A stretch of 64,000 nt of DNA from Chiloscyllium plagiosum (Eukaryota). Below are positions 11,600 through 24,549 of this stretch, one piece after another; within the stretch, counting starts at the first letter, position 1; each line of letters starts with the position of its first letter. Under the pieces are notes generated by a model. The model was not told the DNA's origin and made no database searches. It worked only from the letters and a program-made list of their open reading frames with translations. The position numbers and the translations under genes are program-made. The stretch lies in assembly GCF_004010195.1 (NCBI RefSeq), contig NC_057725.1:20362553-20426552 (forward strand). Direction: 5' to 3'.

Positions 11600-12350
11600 G
11601 CCGTGGATATCTGCTTCCAACTCAGTCAGAATTTCCCAGTGACCTTGGGCACAGGGAAAGCCAAGGGCATGTATGAAAGTTTCAAAGAGACAACAGTTCC
11701 CTCAGCAAAAGAAGCAGCTCCATAAGAAGAAAAATCAGAGGAAGTCATCACCAACTGCAATACTAGTTGGAGAGATGTGCAGAAAATGACCTTGAGTTAT
11801 TTTCCAAGAGAATTCTATCACCAATGAAGCTCTAGACTTCATAAAAAGCCTGCCTGTCATGGCAGACCTGGACATTGAATACCCAGTGGAGGAGCTAGCA
11901 GCTGAAGTTATACTACCTACACTCATCAACAATGGGAAACTTGCATTCCTGCTGCATCTGCCTGAATGTCTCTGCTTCCACTGGAGGGAGGGCACAGTTG
12001 CTTAGCCTTTGTACGATGCTGAGATTGTGACCCTGCACAAGAACAAGGGCGATTGCAGTAATTGCAAGCATCACGGGAAAGCTACTTGTCTGTGTTGCCT
12101 GTGTCAGATTTTAGATGCTGACTGAACACATCTGTTCTCAATTGAAGTGTGACTTCAGAAGCGGAAGCTTTACAATTGGCATGATCTACTCAACCTGGAA
12201 CTGCAACAGAAATGTCATAAAGAAAGGAGACCACATATGCTACATTCATTGACCTCACCAAGACATTGGCTCACTTGAGGAGAGATGGACTTTATCAGCA
12301 GCTGGAGAAAATAGGCCCCCAGCTGAAAGTGCTCAATGTGATCCTCACTT
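11600..12350 (+). mobile_element. RTE-clade LINE remnant
   Basis: Translates to DAEIVTLHKNKGDCSNC, resembling the RTE RT motif DAxIVTLYKNKGDRSDCNNYRGIS. A related piece lies at about 10890-11070. Confidence 0.6.
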
Positions 12351-12369
12351 CTCATTACAGTAAGCTTGT

Positions 12370-14600
12370 TTTTAATTCATATGTGGGATTTGACCAGCAG
12401 TGATAGCCCATCCCTATTTGCCCTTGAGAAGGTGGTGGTGAGCTGCCTTCTTGAATTGCTGAAGTCCACTTGCTATGGGTTGACCCACAATGCTGGTAGG
12501 GAGGGAATTCCAGGATTTTGACCCAGCGACTGTGAAGTAACAGCAGTATATTTCCAAGTAATGGTGGTGAGTGGCTTGGAGAGGAACTTGCAGGTGGTGG
12601 TGTTCCCAAGTATCTGCTGCCATTGTCTTTCTAGATGGAAGTGGTCATGGGTTTAGAAGGTGCTGTCTAAATTCATCTTTGGTGAATTTCTGCAGTGCAT
12701 TTTGTATATAGTACACACTGTTGCTACTGAGTGCCAGTGGTGGAGGGAATGGATGTTTGTAGATGTGGTGCCAGTTACATGGGTTGCTTTGTCCTGGATG
12801 GTGTCAAGTTTCTTGAGTGTTGTTGGAGCTGTACCCATCCAAGCAAGTGGGGAGTATTCCATCACACTTCTGACTAGTGCCTTCTAGGTGGTGGATAGAC
12901 TTTGGGGTGTCAGCAGGTGAGTTACTAACCACAGTATTCCTAGTCTCTGACCTGCTCTTGTAGCCACTCTGTTTATGTGGAGAGTCCATTTGAGTTTCTG
13001 GTCAATGGTAACTCCAAGGATGTTGACAGTGTGGGACTCAGTGATTGTAATACCATTGAATGTCAAGGGGCGATGGTTACAGTGTCTTTTATTGGTGATG
13101 GTCATTGTCTGGCATTTGTGTGGCGTGAATGTTACATGCCATTTGTTGGCCCAAGCCTGGATATTGTCCAGATCTTGTTGCATTTGAGCACGGACTGCTT
13201 CAGTATCTGAGGAGTCGCGAATAGTGCTGAACACTGTGCAATCATTGGCGAACATCATCACTTCTGACCTTATGACAGAAGGAAGGTCGTTGATGAAGCA
13301 GCTGAAGATTGTTGGGCCTCGGACACTACCCTAAGGGACTCCTGCAAAGATAAAACCGTAAGACATAGGAATGGAAGTAAGGCCATTCGGCCCATAGAGT
13401 CCACTCCGCCATTTAATCATGGCGGATGGGTATTTCAACTCCACTTACCTGCACTCTCCCCTGTAGCCCTTAATTTGTTGTGAGATCAAGAATTTATCAA
13501 TCTCTGCCTTGAAGACATTTAACGTCCTGGCCTCCACTGCACTTGGTGACAATGAATTCCACAGGCCCATACTCTCTGGCTGAAGAAATGTCTTAGTTCC
13601 ATTCTAAAATGACCCCCTCTAATTCTAAGGCTGTGCCACAGGTCCTAGTCTCCATGCCTAACAACTCCCCAGCATCTACCCTTTCTAAGCCAGTAAGTTT
13701 CTATTAGACCTCCTCTATTAGATGTCCTGGAGCTGAGATGACTGACCCTCCATAACCACAACCATCTTCCTTCGTGCCAGGTATGACTCCAACCAGCGAA
13801 GTGCTTGCTCCTGATACCCATTAATTCCGGTTTTGCCAGAGCTCTTTGATGCCATCCTCGATCAAATGCAGCCTTGATGTCAAGGGCTGTCACTCTCACC
13901 TCACCTCTGGAATTCAGCTCTTTTGCCCAAGTTTGAACCAAGGCTATACTGAGGTCGGGAGCTGAGTGACCCTGGTGAAACCCAAACTGGGCATTACTGA
14001 GCAAGTTGTTGCTGAACAGGTGCTGCTTGATAACACTGTTGATGATCCCTTCTGTCACTTTACTGATGATGAAGAGTAGAGATTGGTCAGTAATTCATCA
14101 GGTTGGATTTGTCCTGCTTTTTATTTACAGGATTATACCTAGTCAATTTTTCACATTGTCGGGCAGATGTCAGTGTTGTAACTGTAATGGAAGAGCTTGG
14201 CTAGGGGAGCGGCAAGTTCTGGAGCACACAACTTCAGTACTATTGCCGGACTGCTTTCTGGGCCCATTGCCTTTGCAGTATCCAGTACCTCCAGCTATTT
14301 CTTGATATCATGTGGAGTGAATTGAATTGGCTGGAGACTGGTATCTGTGGTGCTGGGAACCACTGAAGGAGCCCAAGGTGGATCACCCACTCAGCACGTC
14401 TGACTAAAAATTGTTGCGAATGCATCAGCCTTATCTTTTGCACTGATGTGCTGGGCTTCTCAACCATTGAAGATGGGGATATTTGTGGAGCATCATCCTC
14501 CAGTGAGTTGTTAAATTGTCCATCACCATTCACGGCTAGATGTGGGAGGACTGCAGAGCTTAGATCAGATCCGTTGGTTTTGAGATCACTTAGCTCTGTC
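12370..14600 (-). mobile_element. L2/CR1-group LINE remnant with a nested CR1 tail (about 13355-13720)
   Basis: RT fragments QFGFHQGHSAPDL, ALDIKAAFD, MQQDLDNIQAWANKW and MEYSPLAW. Confidence 0.8.
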
Positions 14601-14619
14601 TATCCTTTGTTGTTTATGC

Positions 14620-15065
14620 CCCCTCCCATTCCACCAAGGACATGCAGGTCCTAGGCCTCCTCCATCACCAAATCCTAACCACCCGACGCCTGAGGAAGAA
14701 TGCCTCATCTTCTGCCTTGGGAGCCTGCAACCACACAGGATTAATGTTGATTTCATCAGTTTCCTCATTTCCCCTCCCCCAACCTTATCCCAGTCCTAAG
14801 CCTCCAACTCAGCACCGCCCTCTTGACCTGTTCATTGTCTTTCCCATCTATCTGCTCCACCCTCCTCTCCAACTGTCACATCTCCACCACCTTCACCTAC
14901 TTATTGCTTTCCCAGCTACCTTCCCCCCAGCCCCACACCCTTCCCGTTTATCCCAGCCCATAAGCCTCATTCATGATGAAGGGCCTGTGCCCTGAAACTT
15001 TGACTGTCCTGCTCCTCAGATGCTGCCTGACCTGCTGTACCTTTCCAGCACCACACTCTCGAATC
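14620..15065 (+). mobile_element. Penelope-like element 3' end with a degenerate hammerhead
   Basis: GIY-YIG tail-like sequence, C-rich UTR, then TGATGAAGGGCCTGTGCCCTGAAAC and a family A terminus. Confidence 0.7.
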
Positions 15066-15719
15066 CGAAATCATTGACAAGCAACTGGGGATATCTGATC
15101 GTCATTCAAACCTATTTTGTGTTTATTTAAATACAGAGCTCGGATTTCATAATTTCATAGTAATAGGAGCAGGAGTAGGCCATTTGGCCCATCAAGCCTA
15201 CTCCGCCATGCATTAAAATCATGGCTGATCTATCCATCGTCTCAGCTCTTCCTACCTGCATTATCCCAATAACTTGGATGTCCAGAATCTACAGGTTTCA
15301 AGTTTCTGGAAACTCGTAAATAATAACAGGCCTGAAATCTGATTTTTTTTCCTGTCTAGATCAATTCAAAGAGAGGCATATAACCTACAGTTATAAATTA
15401 AGAATTTTCCAGAGGCTGAGGTAATTGTGCACCAAGGTAGAAATTACGAAGTTTCCTGATCTTCGGCAGCTGTATTTACTGCTCGTTAATGTCTATTTTT
15501 AAAAGAAGGTTCATCCTGGATGATTCCAAACTGAATACAGGCCATATTTCAAACTTGTGAAATGAGACTTTACTGGGCATAATCACCAGTATCAGAAAGG
15601 TTCCACTGGCAAGTTATAGCTTTCTGGTCTTATTTCTTGGTTCTTTATTCATGGCCTCCTTTTTCTTCAAAATTTGAACTAAACTTTAATAATCCCACCT
15701 CAAGATACTACTGGACAAG

Positions 15720-16950
15720 TCACCTCTGCTACATCAATGATTGTATTGGCGCTACCTCATGCCCCCACGAGGAGGTTGAACAGTTCATCCACTTTACTAA
15801 CACCTTCCACCCCGATCTCAAATTTACCTGGACCATCTCAGACTCCTCCCTCCCCTTCCTAGACCTCTCCATTTCTATCTCGGGCGAGCGACTCAACACA
15901 GACATTTACTACAAACCGACCAACTCCCACAACTACCTAGATTACACCTCCTCCCACCCTGCCCCCTGTAAAAACGCCATCCCATATTCCCAATTCCTCC
16001 GCCTCCGCCGCATCTGCTCCCAGGAAGACCAATTCCACTACCGAACAACTCAAATGGCCTCCTTTTTCAAAGACCGTAATTTCCCCCCCGACATGGTCGA
16101 CAACGCTCTCCACCGCATCTCCTCCATTTCCCGCAACCCGTCCTTGAACCCCGCCCCTCCAATCGCCACCAGGACAGAACCCCACTGGTCCTCACCTTCC
16201 ACCCCACCAACCTCTGGATACATCGTANNNNNNNNNNNNNNNNNNNNNNNNNNNNNNNNNNNNNNNNNNNNNNNNNNNNNNNNNNNNNNNNNNNNNNNNN
16301 NNNNNNNNNNNNNNNNNNNNNNNNNNNNNNNNNNNNNNNNNNNNNNNNNNNNNNNNNNNNNNNNNNNNNNNNNNNNNNNNNNNNNNNNNNNNNNNNNNNN
16401 NNNNNNNNNNNNNNNNNNNNNNNNNNNNNNNNNNNNNNNNNNNNNNNNNNNNNNNNNNNNNNNNNNNNNNNNNNNNNNNNNNNNNNNNNNNNNNNNNNNN
16501 NNNNNNNNNNNNNNNNNNNNNNNNNNNNNNNNNNNNNNNNNNNNNNNNNNNNNNNNNNNNNNNNNNNNNNNNNNNNNNNNNNNNNNNNNNNNNNNNNNNN
16601 NNNNNNNNNNNNNNNNNNNNNNNNNNNNNNNNNNNNNNNNNNNNNNNNNNNNNNNNNNNNCCCAACCCCCGGATTCAGCACCGCCCTCTTGACCTGCAAT
16701 CTTCTTCCCGACCTCTCCGGCCTATCACCCTCACCCTCAACTCCTTCCACCTATCATATTCCCAGCGCCCCTCCTCCAAATTCCCTCCCGCCTACCTTTT
16801 ATCTCAGCCCGCTTGGCACACCAGCCTCATTCCTGAAGAAGGGCTTATGCCCTTCTTCTGCTCCTCGAATGCTGCCTGGCTTGCTGTGTTTTTCCAGCAC
16901 CACATTTTTCAACTCTTGTACTCCAGCATCTGCAGTCCTCACTTTCTCCA
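15720..16950 (+). mobile_element. Penelope-like retroelement (RT C-terminus, assembly gap, 3' UTR)
   Basis: YINDC...LKFT...LPFLDLSI...YYKPTNSHNYLDYTSSHP...IPYSQFLRLRRICS is typical of Penelope RT. It ends in the family A terminus. Confidence 0.9.
16228..16660. other. Assembly gap
   Basis: Run of N. Confidence 1.
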
Positions 16951-17529
16951 AGTCAGCTCCCAGAATGACATCTGATTTGATAGGTCTTTTCCTATTTAAC
17001 ATGGTGGTACTTCACTAATACATAAACATATGAGGTTGCTGACTTTCCTTAACAATAAAACAGAAGTTTGTTAAACAAAAGAAAGAAAGATAAAATAAGG
17101 CAGACCATGATATCTAAATGTAGATCACAGGGCAGAATTTGAAAGATCTGAAAAAATGCAACCAAACAAAGTCTCATCTTTTTCTGAAAAATATCAATTT
17201 ACAGTGAGTTAATCCAGAAAAAGTATCTTTCTGTACCAAATCTTTAAGTTTGACTTAACTGCTCCCTAATTATGCTGTTTGAAGTCTTTATACATAACTT
17301 CTCACAAATCTGAAAGCTTTGACTTTCTGAGTATTATAACGTACCAGTTTCTAACAAAACGCTCCATGTCTGGAAGTTTCATAAACTAATCTTTTATGTG
17401 AGAGTAATTGTGCTTTCCATCTACTTCTAATACTGCTTCCTGGGCAAGAAACTATCTTTGCTGCTGACTGTAATCAGCTTTTCTTCTAAGTTAAAATCAA
17501 TCCTTAAATATTGTCTTAAATCAAGTTGA

Positions 17530-17855
17530 TGATTAGATTCCCAACAGTGTGGAAACAGGCTCTTCAGCCCAACCAGTCCACACTGACCCTCTGAAGAATA
17601 ACCCACCCAGACCCACTTCCCTCTGACTAATACGCCTATCACGATGGGCAATTTAGATTAGATTAGATTAGATTACTTACAGTGTGGAATGGCCAGTTTA
17701 GCATGGCCAATTCATCTGACCTGCACATCTTTGGACTGTGGGACGAAACCGGAGCACCCGGATGTGCAAGCTCCACACAGGCAGTCACCCAAGGCTGGAA
17801 TCGAACCTGGGACCTTGGCGCTGTGAGGCAGCAGTGCTAACCACTGTGCCGCCCC
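17530..17855 (-). mobile_element. HE1-type V-SINE, rearranged
   Basis: Reverse SINE head at about 17790-17852, TTAGA repeats, duplicated tail. Confidence 0.8.
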
Positions 17856-18253
17856 TGACATAAACCGCACGGTGTAAGCTTTCTGTCTTCCATTATCACA
17901 CCAGGGGTCTTGCTTGTGCTGTGACAAATACTGATTCCAGAAGGAATTTGACTTTGTTTTTTTCTTAACATTTCACAGAATTACCCAACACCTGTGCACC
18001 ACATTGCTACCTTTCTAATTACCATATTTCATTAAACATATGTTTCTACTCTCTTTTTTGAACTGATTATACGCAGGACGGTTTTCTCTCTGTCTGCTTT
18101 GCCCAGAATGCTCATGATTTTGAAAGCCTCGATCAAATATCTTCTCATCTCCGGGACACCCGCACCAATCAACCACACCGCCCTGTGGCCCAACATTTCA
18201 ACTCCCACTCCCACTCTGCCGAGGACATGGAGGTCCTGGGCCTCCTTCACCGC

Positions 18254-18294
18254 NNNNNNNNNNNNNNNNNNNNNNNNNNNNNNNNNNNNNNNNN
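18254..18294. other. Assembly gap
   Basis: Run of N. Confidence 1.
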
Positions 18295-18342
18295 CCACCC
18301 TCCTCTGGCTTATCTCTCCACGCTTCAGGCTCGCTGCCTTTA

Positions 18343-18376
18343 TTCCTGATGAAGGGCTTTTGCCCGAAACGTCGAT
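18343..18376 (+). ncRNA. Minimal type I hammerhead ribozyme motif (Penelope family A)
   Basis: CTGATGA-A-GGGC(TTTT)GCCC-GAAAC-GTC: intact core, helix II, palindromic ACGT helix III and a GUC cleavage triplet. Helix I is weak (2 bp). Confidence 0.75.
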
Positions 18377-20779
18377 TTTGCTGCTCCTCGGATACTGCCT
18401 GAACTGCTGTGCTCTTCCAGCACCACTAATCCAAATATCTTCTTAGCCTTGTCATCTCTAAGAAAAATAATTCCACCTTCACGAATCTGTCTTCACAACT
18501 CACGTTTCTCATCCCAGAAACCATTCTTGTAAACCTCTTCTGCTCTCTCTTCAATGCATGCAAAGCCTTATTAAATTGTGGTACTCAGTGCTCCAGTGAG
18601 GTCTAATTAGTGCCTTATACAAGTTCAGTGTAACATTGTACTCTATATTCTTGCATCACCAATAATAAATCCTAAGATACTATATGTTTTATTGGCTGCT
18701 CTCTCTACCTGTCCTGTCATTTTTAATGAGTTGTGCATATGTACACCCAGGTCTCTCTCTTTCTGCCCACTCTTTGCAACAACACCCTCGGTTTTATACT
18801 GTCTCTCCATGTTCTTTCTACCAAAATGTATTACTCCACACTTCTCTATGTTAACCTTCATCTGCCACCTATCTGTCCGCTCCACAAATTTGTCAACGTT
18901 GTTTTGAAGTTCTTTGTTGACTTTTTCACAGTTTCTAATGCATCTAAATTGTATCATTCACAAACTTTGAAATTGTCTTTTCCATTCCAATATCAAATCA
19001 TTAATTTGTAACAGGAAAAGAAAGAGTCCCAAAATTGACCACTGGGAAAATTATTTTCTCCAGTCTAAAACTTACTTCTTGCTTCCTATCATTCAGCCGA
19101 TTTAGCATCTACATTGCTACTGTCCTTTTTATTCCATGACCCATCACTTTTAAATCTGCTGATCGTCACTGAATTGAATGTGTTTGGAAGTCCACCATGT
19201 ATCCCATATCAACAGCGTAGTCCTCATTAACCCTCACTGCTACTTCAAAAATCTTCAACAAATTAGTCAAACTTGAGTTTCCCTTAAGAAATCCTTGCTG
19301 GTGCTCCCTGATTCACCTATACTTGTCCCTGTGATTATTAATTCTACCCAGCATTATTATTTCTAGGAGTTACCCCACTACTGAATTAAACTAACTGGCA
19401 TGTAATTGCCAGGCATTTCCTTACAACTTTTCTGAGCAAGGGAATAACGTTTGCAATTTTCAAGTCCTTGGCACCACCCCTATATCTAGGGAAAATTGAA
19501 AGATTATGCCTATTGCATCTGCAATTTACATTCCTACTTCTTTCACTATACTTTCATGCATCTCATCCAACTCTCATCCTCACCAACTCTAAGTACACAA
19601 GCTTATCCAAGACCTCCTCTTTATAAATTTTTGACCAATGCAGCAACAGTTTCCTCCTCCAACACCATGGCCTGTGTAATATCTGCTTCATGGGTAAAAG
19701 CAGAAGCAAAATGTTCATTTAATATCTCAGCCATGACCCCTCCCTTCTGATTCCCAAATGACCCTACTCTTCCTTCTGCTACTGCTTTATTATTAATGTG
19801 CCGATAGAAGCCTTCGGGATTCCCCCTTATGTTAAATTGACACCAGTCTCTTCATTCTCCTTTACACTTGAGGCAGCTAAGGTAGTGGTAAATGTAGTAA
19901 TGTATATGATGTAAATATTATGTAAACATTTCCATTATGTAAATATTAATAATGGAAAATAAGCTTTTGTTGGAGATATTTTTAAGGTGTTGGGCTTTGA
20001 AAAGGTTAATGTTGAAAAACATTTGCTGGTGATGTCGTGTGGACTTAATAATGGGAGAACAACTCTGGGTGGGGAAGACCTACCATCCAGGTTTTCCTCA
20101 CGATATTAGTATCAGTGTCCATCATACCAAGGTGACTTGCTATTGTGCAATAAACTATGCCTTGGTCAAGACAAATGTTTCTTCTCTTTAGTTACCAGGT
20201 TGTTTTCCTCAACACTGGAGAGGAGGATGTTGCGAGCAAATCTCCTAATGTATCTTTCACCAAGGTGACTGTGGTGAGGATCTATCATCCACACTTTACA
20301 AGTCCTGGGGTCAGAGTGTGCAGTTCAGTGAGAGCCAATCTTTCCTGTCAACCTCACTGAATTTAAAGAATTGTGGGACTCAGCAACACATCTATAAACA
20401 CAAAAGGAGGCAATAGAAATTAATCCCTGTGATTGATGAACCCGTAAAATAAAGTACTATGGAAGAAGAGGGGTGGTTCCTGCCAGTAATCACATACTTA
20501 GCTGCACGTGTTTAAGAGCAGATGTTGGCAATTGGGAGGATAGAAATGGCACGACAACCATTGTTGTTCACCATTCATCTGGAACACACACCCAATGCTC
20601 ACTCCAATGCCTTCACTAAGACAGCATTCTACTTGAGTAATTATGGTATTGTGCACAAATGTTGCAGAAGCCATTGCAGTATTAATATGGCACTTGTTCC
20701 ACCAAAACTATCAGCCTTAGCAAATCCAATTTTGGGGCCCAATTATTTTACAACATCTTTCATGGCTTTTACGTGCCCC

Positions 20780-21230
20780 AGAAAGCTTCCCAGCCAATGA
20801 AGTGTCTTCGATGTGAAATAAGGCTATTTGCGACATCACTGCCTGGATGGTAATCTGATGGAGCAGGTTACCCACTGGTCCCAAATCCAATCGATCAGCT
20901 TTCTCCGGTCAACGCCTGTACTACGAAAGTTGAAAGTAATCCCTATTATCATTGTTGATGCAAACATCACGGGCAATTTATGGACAGCAAGTATCCACAA
21001 GTAGCAATCAGATGGATTGTGTGAGGAGAACATCATACTCCTTTTTGAATATGAACACAGGATTCATATGTCCATATAGAAAGACAAGCACGGCCTCAGT
21101 TTAACATCACATCTGAAAGACAAAGCCTCCAACATTGCTGCATTCATTTGAGGTGTGAGGCTAAATGACATTCTGAAGTCTCTGGGCATGGAGCTATCAC
21201 TGATAGTGATAAAGTTGTCTGGCTCACAAG
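20780..21230 (-). mobile_element. Degenerate DeuSINE (SacSINE/AmnSINE-like)
   Basis: GGCCTCAGTTTAACATCACATCTGAAAGAC and CCCAGCCAATGAAGT resemble the reverse strand of Deu-domain SINEs, compared from memory. Confidence 0.45.
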
Positions 21231-21489
21231 CAAGTCAAGATGACAGACTTTCCAGTTAAAATGAGCTACGCGGACTGAACATCCTTTATTGTTCAACACT
21301 TTCCTATTTTTAGAGAGAAAATCAATCTCTAGCAATGAATGAAGTTTTCATCTCTGCTGTCAATGTTTTGCATTATGAGGGATGGCAAGCTCAATTTTAT
21401 AGTAGGCAAATAATGAAGAATTCACATTATATTGCACGAGATGGGTCTCTTCCAGCATTTTAGCTGCTCAAACCAAGATCATTCTGAAC

Positions 21490-21880
21490 CATATGTTCAC
21501 TGGCTCTGTGGTTTGGCTGTGTACTCTGGGTACAGGGCAAGCCGTTGCTTCTGATGAGAGATATAAGAAAGGTGTGGCAGAAACTCAATTTAGTTGCCGC
21601 TGCTTGCCATTGTTGCCATTCAGTTCTCAAACAGATATAAACTCCACGCTGTAGACATCAAAAATATATTCCAGACTAGCACACAGCCCCTCCATACACA
21701 ACCTCTGCCCAAATACATTAAGCTTGTGGTTCTCAGCCACACAGAAGTATGACGGTAACGACAAGCAGGCAGCTGTAGCTTAGGTTAAACATTGACTGCA
21801 ACGTGCTAGTTGCGAATTACTTAAACTGCAGATGAACAACAGTTCCCTAAACCACTGAGAGTTCAGTTACATCTGAAAGT
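21490..21880. promoter_or_regulatory. Candidate RAG intergenic cis-element (RUNX and E-box cluster)
   Basis: TGTGGTT at 21507 and 21725. E-boxes CAGCTG 21770, CAGATG 21829 and CATCTG 21870. Lies in a repeat-poor island. Confidence 0.4.
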
Positions 21881-23318
21881 TAATATTTAATGTGTATTTC
21901 CTTTGTGTTATGAAACTGACAGAGTATTCACCTTAACCTCAGTAAATGAGGAGGCTATCCCTTTGCTTCAGAGATTTACATTTGCCCAATGTAAATTGTG
22001 GATCTAATCTGCTTTGGACAAATGGAAAATAATAAATTAATAGTTTTTTCAAGAGTGATAAATCTAATTCTCTGTAACTTGCTGTTCTTTATAAAAGTAG
22101 ACTTATCTCTGTCTTAACAATGTTTTCTTCCTTCACTTAAACCACCTGTACCATCATCTGGAATAGAGCATAGATCACCTTTTCCAAGAATAATTCCAGG
22201 GTCGCGGGTTGGTGGAAATGAAAGTTCTACAGCTACACTTTAGAAGGTGTTCCAGCTTCCCCTTGGTGTCCCACTCTGATGTTCTGTTTGAAATTTAGAA
22301 GGAGCTATGTCAAAAGCTGGTCAGAGTGAAATTCATCTTGCACAGTGACACAAAACAAATAATAATGGATTGGCAAACTAGACTTACAAGCTTTTTGACT
22401 AATGGTTCAATTGAAAAAAGGAAATCAGGTGCAGTGTGGAACAGTCTGTCAAGATGTTGTTTTGCTGTTCTTCTCACCACCAATTATTTACAATGAGATA
22501 TAACAGGGTAAATAAAAGGTTATTACACAAGCCACCCCGAAAGGCTTGGTATACTTTTCCAGGGAGTGTTTCATTGGTCAGGAAGTTAAAATGATGGTAT
22601 TGTAGATTTATACAGCACAGTAAGAGACTATTCCACCTTTCAAATTGGTACCAGCTCTTTTCAAAAGCAATACAGGTAATTGCACACCCCTAATCTTTCT
22701 CTATAACTCTGCAAACTTTTCCCTTTCATGTATTTGAACATTTTCCTTTTGAAACATTCCAAATCACGCATTATGGAAAATAATGTTTTTAAAATTGATC
22801 ATGTTATATTTATAATAGTTGTGATTCCATTGGAAATAATCATTCCCCAATATTCCACAACTTATCTCAAATGTATAACTACCCATTAAACCACCAAGGT
22901 GATATATTTGTCTGACCAACTGCTATTCAGAAAAAAGTAGTTGACACCAGGGTTCACACTTAACAGGAAAATAACAGTAAAACTTGTAAAAAAACGTGTT
23001 CTTTAACAATTGACAAACAGTGCATTACTCATTACTACGAAGCAAATTAAAGTATAACCCTTTAAAACCCTAAACACACAGATTCATTCACAAATAAGAC
23101 AAACAAAACCAGCAGGTATAATATAAATATTATGGTGGAAGAAGAAACAAAGGAAACAAGTGCTGTAGTTGAAGAGCCTAAACCATAGACTGGGATTAAG
23201 TTGTTTCTCACAGTTCTTTTGATTTATTTTAGAGATTGTGACAATAACTGATCAGGTGGCCCAAGCTCTTACCTTGTAAAACGAAAATTCCTCATTCCTG
23301 CATAATTCTCATGTATGT

Positions 23319-23467
23319 GGTAAAAACAATGACTGCAGATGCTGGAAACCAGATTCTGGATTAGAGTGGTGCTGGAAAAGCACAGCAGGTCAGGCAGCAT
23401 TCGAGGAGCAGGGAAATCCTCGGATGCTGCCTGAACTGCTGTGCTTTTCCAGCACCACGCTAATCCC
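23319..23467. mobile_element. Penelope-derived palindromic mini-element with TSD
   Basis: Inverted arms. TSD TAATTCTC(A/G)TGTATGT at 23303-23318 and 23468-23483. Confidence 0.8.
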
Positions 23468-23844
23468 TAATTCTCGTGTATGTTCTCTTAACTATCTCTA
23501 ATGCTCTTTCTTTAGTGTAGCACCCAGAACTGAATGCAAAACTCCATTTAAAGACAAATTAGTGCTTTTTTCTCTTTATATATAGTTTCAAGATAACCTC
23601 CTTGATTTTTTTATTGTCTGAGCTCCCATTGATGAAGCACTGAATTCTGTATGTTTTCTTCATGGTGCTTGCAAGTGTTCTGCTGCCTTCAGTGATTCCT
23701 CTACTCCTGCTTCAGAACTGGAACCTTTCTATTGTCTCTCCATGTTCTTGCTATCAAAATGAAATACTTCACTCTCTCTGACACTAAATTCTATCTGCCA
23801 CTTGTTTGTCTATTCTGCCCTGTTTTTATTTGCTTTTCAAAGTC

Positions 23845-24160
23845 CCTGGAGGGGGGAGTCCAGAACTAAAGGGCATAGCTTTAGGGTGAGGGAGGAAAGA
23901 CATAAAAAAGGACTTTAGGGGCAACGTTTTCATGCAGAGGGTGGTGCACGTATGGAATGAGCTGCCAGAGGATGTGGTGGATTCTGATACAATTACAGCA
24001 TTTAAAAGACATCTGGCTGGTTATATGATTAGGAAGCATTTAGAAGGATATGGGCCAAGTGCTGGCAAATGGGACTAAATTGGGTTAGGATAGCTGGTCG
24101 GCATGGATGAGTTGGACCGAAGGGTCAGTTTCCGTGTAGTACACATCTATGACTCTAAGT
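23845..24160 (+). mobile_element. CR1 3' end
   Basis: GGGGAGTCCAGAACTAAAGGGCATAG...CATCTATGACTCTA tail. Confidence 0.8.
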
Positions 24161-24549
24161 TTATATTAACCTCAGAGTGCAATACTTCCAAATACAGTCT
24201 GCAAAGTATACCAAGTCCAGATCATCCATATAACATTTCTGATGCTCCAGAACTACTGAGACCCAGAGCCAGGGTGTTATTGTACAGCTTAATTACAGCA
24301 TCTGTGAAAAAACATGGAGAGGACAATGTGGAAAGTTGCACAGATATACTGTCCACCGAGAGCAGGATAAATTCAACCTGCGCCAATTACCACCTTACCA
24401 GAGCTGCCTTGCTCCACCAAAGATGTTGACGAATGGTACTGTACTTCTCTGACAGGGACTTCCAGGTGCTGGTGGAGAGGCTGGTCCGCAGAGGGGCATC
24501 GTCTTCCCAGAGACTGGTCGAGGAGGCTTAGCCAACAAATCCTGGCAGT

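Larger units (their letters stand above)
18050..19860 (-). mobile_element. Old CR1 LINE, interrupted by a Penelope fragment (18146-18431)
   Basis: WQMKVNIEKCGVIHFGRKN and RDLGVH. The insert is flanked by TSD CAAATATCTTCT at 18134-18145 and 18432-18443. Confidence 0.8.

Noticed and set aside
22340-22385. CACAGTG heptamer followed by A-rich sequence, as a possible RSS or ProtoRAG TIR relic
   Set aside because: No acceptable nonamer at 12 or 23 bp spacing.
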